Positions 33,980 to 36,412 of a stretch of DNA of 36,412 bases are shown here, piece by piece. Below the pieces are notes generated by a model that saw only the letters and a list, made by a program, of their open reading frames with translations, was not told where the DNA came from and did no database searches. Every line of letters starts with the position of its first letter. Position 1 is the first letter of the stretch. The stretch spans positions 1 to 36,412 of the forward strand of contig JARICQ010000072.1 in assembly GCA_029264075.1 (NCBI GenBank), read 5' to 3'. The DNA comes from Tissierellaceae bacterium (GTDB lineage: Bacteria > Bacillota > Clostridia > Tissierellales > Tissierellaceae). The translations under genes were made by a program, and so were the position numbers.

Positions 33980-34009
33980 ATTATACTGTGATTTACAAAA
34001 ATATCACAA
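33980..34009 (-). promoter_or_regulatory. predicted sigma-A promoter for the dmpA-like gene
   Basis: Minus strand: TTGTGA (34004-09), an 18-nt spacer, then TATAAT (33980-85). It lies about 35 nt upstream of the ATG. Confidence 0.5.
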
Positions 34010-34137
34010 GCACCATAAAGTCTATACCCCTATATCATCTATTCATCTAACTTTATTCTAGTATTTTATATCATTTTCTTCTAGACTTTATATAATCCTC
34101 CTTTAAATATTTTGAAAGATTCAAACTATGGACCTTG

Positions 34138-34146
34138 TGATATACT
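34138..34146 (+). promoter_or_regulatory. extended -10 element (TGaTATACT) upstream of the nitroreductase gene
   Basis: Reads cttgTGaTATACTatt, about 30 nt upstream of the ATG at 34177. No convincing -35 is present. Confidence 0.4.
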
Positions 34147-34176
34147 ATTGTTAACAATATCTTTAGGAGGGGTTTT

Positions 34177-34707
34177 ATGTTAAATTTACTCAAAAACAGA
34201 AGGAGTATTAGGAAATTTAAAGACCAGGAAGTGCCCAAAGACTTAGTCCACAAAATTCTTGAGGGAGCTCTTCTCTCGCCATCTGGAAAAAACATCCAGC
34301 CTTGGGAGCTAGTTGTGGTAGATGACAAAGGGAAAATATCTAAACTTGGAGAGCTAAGAGGTCCAGCCTCTAAGCCTATTTCCAACTCGCCACTAGCTAT
34401 AGCTGTGCTAGCAGACCCTGATGCCACTGATGTTTGGATAGAAGACTCAAGTATTATCTCACTTGTAATTCAACTTGCAGCTCAGTCTCTAAATCTCTCT
34501 TCTTGCTGGATTCAAGTAAGGAATAGGTTAGGAGTAGATGATAGGGATGTTGAAATTAGTGTGAGAGAAATCCTAGATATTCCAGATAAATACAAGGTTG
34601 AATCTATAATAGCTATAGGATATCCAGGTGAAGAGAAGTCTCCACACGATTTAGAAAAGATTAAATTAGAAAAAGTTAAATATAATTCATTTAAAAAAAC
34701 ATTTTAA
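34177..34707 (+). CDS. nitroreductase family (FMN-dependent) protein
   Basis: 176 aa. The N-terminus LLKNRRSIRKFKDQEVPKDLVHKILEGALLSPSGKNIQPWELVVV is the classic nitroreductase start. SD AGGAGGGG is 4-5 nt upstream. Confidence 0.88.
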   Translation: MLNLLKNRRSIRKFKDQEVPKDLVHKILEGALLSPSGKNIQPWELVVVDDKGKISKLGELRGPASKPISNSPLAIAVLADPDATDVWIEDSSIISLVIQLAAQSLNLSSCWIQVRNRLGVDDRDVEISVREILDIPDKYKVESIIAIGYPGEEKSPHDLEKIKLEKVKYNSFKKTF

Positions 34708-34786
34708 ATGAAGCAAGTCGAAATTTGCTCTTCCAAGCAAACTAAAGCTATAAAAGAAAAATAATTTAATAAGATTTTAAAAAAGT

Positions 34787-34837
34787 AAGAGATCAACATA
34801 TCATTTATACACACAATATGTTGATCTCTTATTTTTT
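34787..34837. terminator. bidirectional terminator between the nitroreductase and convergent methyltransferase genes
   Basis: Perfect 15-bp arms AAGAGATCAACATAT (34787-801) / ATATGTTGATCTCTT (34816-30) with a 14-nt loop. ATTTTTT follows on the plus strand and ACTTTTTT follows on the minus strand. Confidence 0.75.
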
Positions 34838-34918
34838 ATATTTCTATTTCCATCATTATATAGACTTAATATAAATTTAATCTTTTAAAGCTTCCGATTA
34901 TCATTTGTTGATAAAAAA

Positions 34919-35527
34919 TTATATATCCTGATCTTCTTTTCCTTTGTTTTTACAGTAGCATATATACCAAGAAGCTCTCTTGTCTACATTTATTTCCCTT
35001 ACTTGTTCAAATATAGTTTCCATCTCTTCCTTGGCTATCTTGATGAAATTAAAATAGTCTCCTCTTTCTAGCCATTCGATAACAGTGGTGAGCAAGGCTC
35101 TTTCCTTATTGTAATCGTGAATGACTACAGTTTTTCTTGCAATCCTACGCATTTCCCTATATAGTTCCAATCTTTCTTCTCTCTGAAGTCCATGGGCTAC
35201 ATAAGATGTGATTACAAGATCAAATGATTTATCCTCAAAGGGCAGTCTATCATCTGGATCGATATGAATTAGCTCCACCCTAGAGTCTTTGAGTTTTTTC
35301 CTTGCCTGATTTAGCATTCGCACAGATGTATCTACGCCAGTTATACTCAAGCCATCATCAGCTAGGGTCTTACAAAGAGCACAAGTGCCACATCCTATAT
35401 CTAGTACACTATCATATTTTTTTATATCAATTTCATGATAGGCCCTATCCCTTATCTTTTTAAAATATCTAACTTGAAAGTTGAAAAACATACCATATAT
35501 AGGTGCAATCCTGTCAAATATAGACAT
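34919..35527 (-). CDS. class I SAM-dependent methyltransferase (UbiE/COQ5-like fold)
   Basis: 202 aa. SAM motif I is VLDIGCGTCALC, the post-I acidic residue is in ITGVDTS, and motif II is FDLVITSYV. The substrate is unknown. SD AGGGAG is 7 nt upstream. Confidence 0.82.
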   Translation of the reverse strand: MSIFDRIAPIYGMFFNFQVRYFKKIRDRAYHEIDIKKYDSVLDIGCGTCALCKTLADDGLSITGVDTSVRMLNQARKKLKDSRVELIHIDPDDRLPFEDKSFDLVITSYVAHGLQREERLELYREMRRIARKTVVIHDYNKERALLTTVIEWLERGDYFNFIKIAKEEMETIFEQVREINVDKRASWYICYCKNKGKEDQDI

Positions 35528-35669
35528 ATCATCACTCCCTTCCTATTTCTATTATCTATCTAACTTTTAGAGAGTGCTTACATCATCACACATCCAACTC
35601 TATACTTTTCATCTGTTTTTGTAATTTATATTTTGACAAATATGATATAGTTAATAGTAGGTGATTTAG

Positions 35670-36412
35670 ATGGATAAAACAGCTAATAAGTCATTAGTTA
35701 TAAAAATTTTATTGGCACTTATAGTAATTTTTTATTTTATTTTTTTATATATTGATTTTTTTAAAGTAGAAACTCTCATATCTTCAAGTAGGATTAAGTT
35801 TTTATCTATGCTCTTAGTTTTTTTAGTATGTCTGATGATAGCTAAGGACTCTATTTCAAATAAAGATTGTTATCTACTAAGATTAGGCCTTTTCCTTACA
35901 GTTATTGCGGATATATTTCTCTTGCTTTTAGATAATCATTATATATTTGGAGTAGGATTATTTTGCATAGTTCAAATATTATATTCAATTAGATACAAGC
36001 CTGGTCATAGTAAAGAGATCCTTGCTAAGTTTAGCCTGCTTTTTATAGCATTGTTGGTTTTTTATATTATTTTAGATACTTTTATAATAGAAGTTGATTT
36101 TTTAATAGTCTTATCCTTATACTATGCAATCTGTATCTTGTCTAGCACAAAAAAAGCAATAGATCTTTACAAGAAGAAAAGTTTTCCAAGACTAAATAGC
36201 AAGATCTTAGTCCTGGCTATGATTTTATTTTTATTGTGTGATATAAATGTTGGTCTATTCAATATTGTCAAATCTATATCTACAAGCAATGGCTTTGCAA
36301 GTTCATTGGCTAATGTATCCTCAATCTCAATGTGGTTCTTTTACCTGCCCTCTCAAGTCCTCCTATCCTTAAGTGGATATAGTGAGGATTATTTGAAAAG
36401 TCTATTTACAAA
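35670..36412 (+). CDS. YhhN-family (lysoplasmalogenase-like) polytopic membrane protein, 3' end outside the window
   Basis: This ORF is not in the supplied track because no stop is reached. My translation begins MDKTANKSLVIKILLALIVIFYF... and includes RLGLFLTVIADIFLLL, GVGLFCIVQILYSIRY and LAMILFLLCDINVGLF. Those segments resemble the YhhN motifs (ADxxL, GxxxF...Y, LFxxSD). SD AGGTGA is about 6 nt upstream of the ATG at 35670. Confidence 0.65.
   Translation, partial: MDKTANKSLVIKILLALIVIFYFIFLYIDFFKVETLISSSRIKFLSMLLVFLVCLMIAKDSISNKDCYLLRLGLFLTVIADIFLLLLDNHYIFGVGLFCIVQILYSIRYKPGHSKEILAKFSLLFIALLVFYIILDTFIIEVDFLIVLSLYYAICILSSTKKAIDLYKKKSFPRLNSKILVLAMILFLLCDINVGLFNIVKSISTSNGFASSLANVSSISMWFFYLPSQVLLSLSGYSEDYLKSLFT

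Noticed and set aside
33987-34008. TGTGAT-N10-ATCACA inverted repeat between the -35 and -10 of the dmpA promoter; considered as a CRP/FNR-type site.
   Set aside because: CRP/FNR sites are TGTGA-N6-TCACA, and here the pentamers are 12 nt apart. Arms of 6 bp are far too common to be significant.
34147-34158. 12-bp perfect palindrome ATTGTTAACAAT just downstream of the nitroreductase -10; considered as an operator or Rex half-sites.
   Set aside because: Perfect 12-bp palindromes are expected several times by chance in 36 kb of AT-rich DNA. It lacks the N4 spacing of a Rex box. There is no second line of evidence.
34071-34427. 118-aa minus-strand ORF overlapping the 5' half of the nitroreductase gene and its promoter.
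   Set aside because: It is antisense to a gene with a textbook nitroreductase N-terminus and a strong SD. The translation has no motifs and no SD of its own.
34708-34764. 18-codon ORF (MKQVEICSSKQTKAIKEK) starting immediately after the nitroreductase stop and before the terminator.
   Set aside because: It has no Shine-Dalgarno and no hydrophobic or otherwise recognisable character. It is most simply 3' UTR. Other short intergenic ORFs I translated (e.g. in 14967-15274, 25283-25449, 31105-31347, 33946-34176) likewise lack an SD.
1-36412. Search for CRISPR arrays, IS elements or transposases, integrases, prophage or toxin-antitoxin/defence genes, and tRNA, rRNA, tmRNA, RNase P or SRP RNA genes.
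   Set aside because: I found no regularly spaced direct repeats, no terminal inverted repeats flanking an ORF, and no ORF with transposase, recombinase, nuclease or defence hallmarks. The only structured RNA element I can support is the tyrS T-box leader.

Overview
AT-rich, low-GC Firmicutes chromosome segment, Clostridia/Tissierellia-like by gene content and order. Positions 1-14966 are one co-oriented minus-strand block matching the conserved origin-proximal Firmicutes cluster: spoVG | glmU-prs-pth-mfd-prsA | SpoVB/YabM-like flippase-yabN(mazG) | hup | yabO(rqcP) | divIC | yabR | tilS-hpt-ftsH. The sporulation-specific members of the Bacillus version (spoVT, yabP, yabQ, spoIIE) and ctc are missing. 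The rest has mixed orientation. It holds murC, a crt-hbd pair, a THUMP methyltransferase / PduO-type adenosyltransferase / PAS-PP2C phosphatase operon, and a 1Fe superoxide reductase. It also holds a tyrosine T-box leader with tyrS, xpt, a Gfo/Idh/MocA oxidoreductase, and a translationally coupled MoxR ATPase-DUF58-transglutaminase operon. At the right end are a class V aminotransferase, SelO, a DmpA-type peptidase, a nitroreductase, a SAM methyltransferase and a 3'-truncated YhhN-family membrane protein. I found no rRNA/tRNA genes, CRISPR arrays, transposases, integrases, phage genes or recognisable defence genes. I therefore do not see convincing evidence of a new multi-gene system. The best second-look candidates are the uncharacterised MoxR-DUF58-TGase module, a perfect 26-bp-arm palindrome on the predicted tilS promoter, a Rex-like operator in the crt-hbd promoter, phased decamer repeats on the superoxide reductase promoter, and the THUMP-PduO-PP2C and dmpA-selO gene pairings. 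All family calls come from motifs read by eye in the supplied translations. No database search was run.
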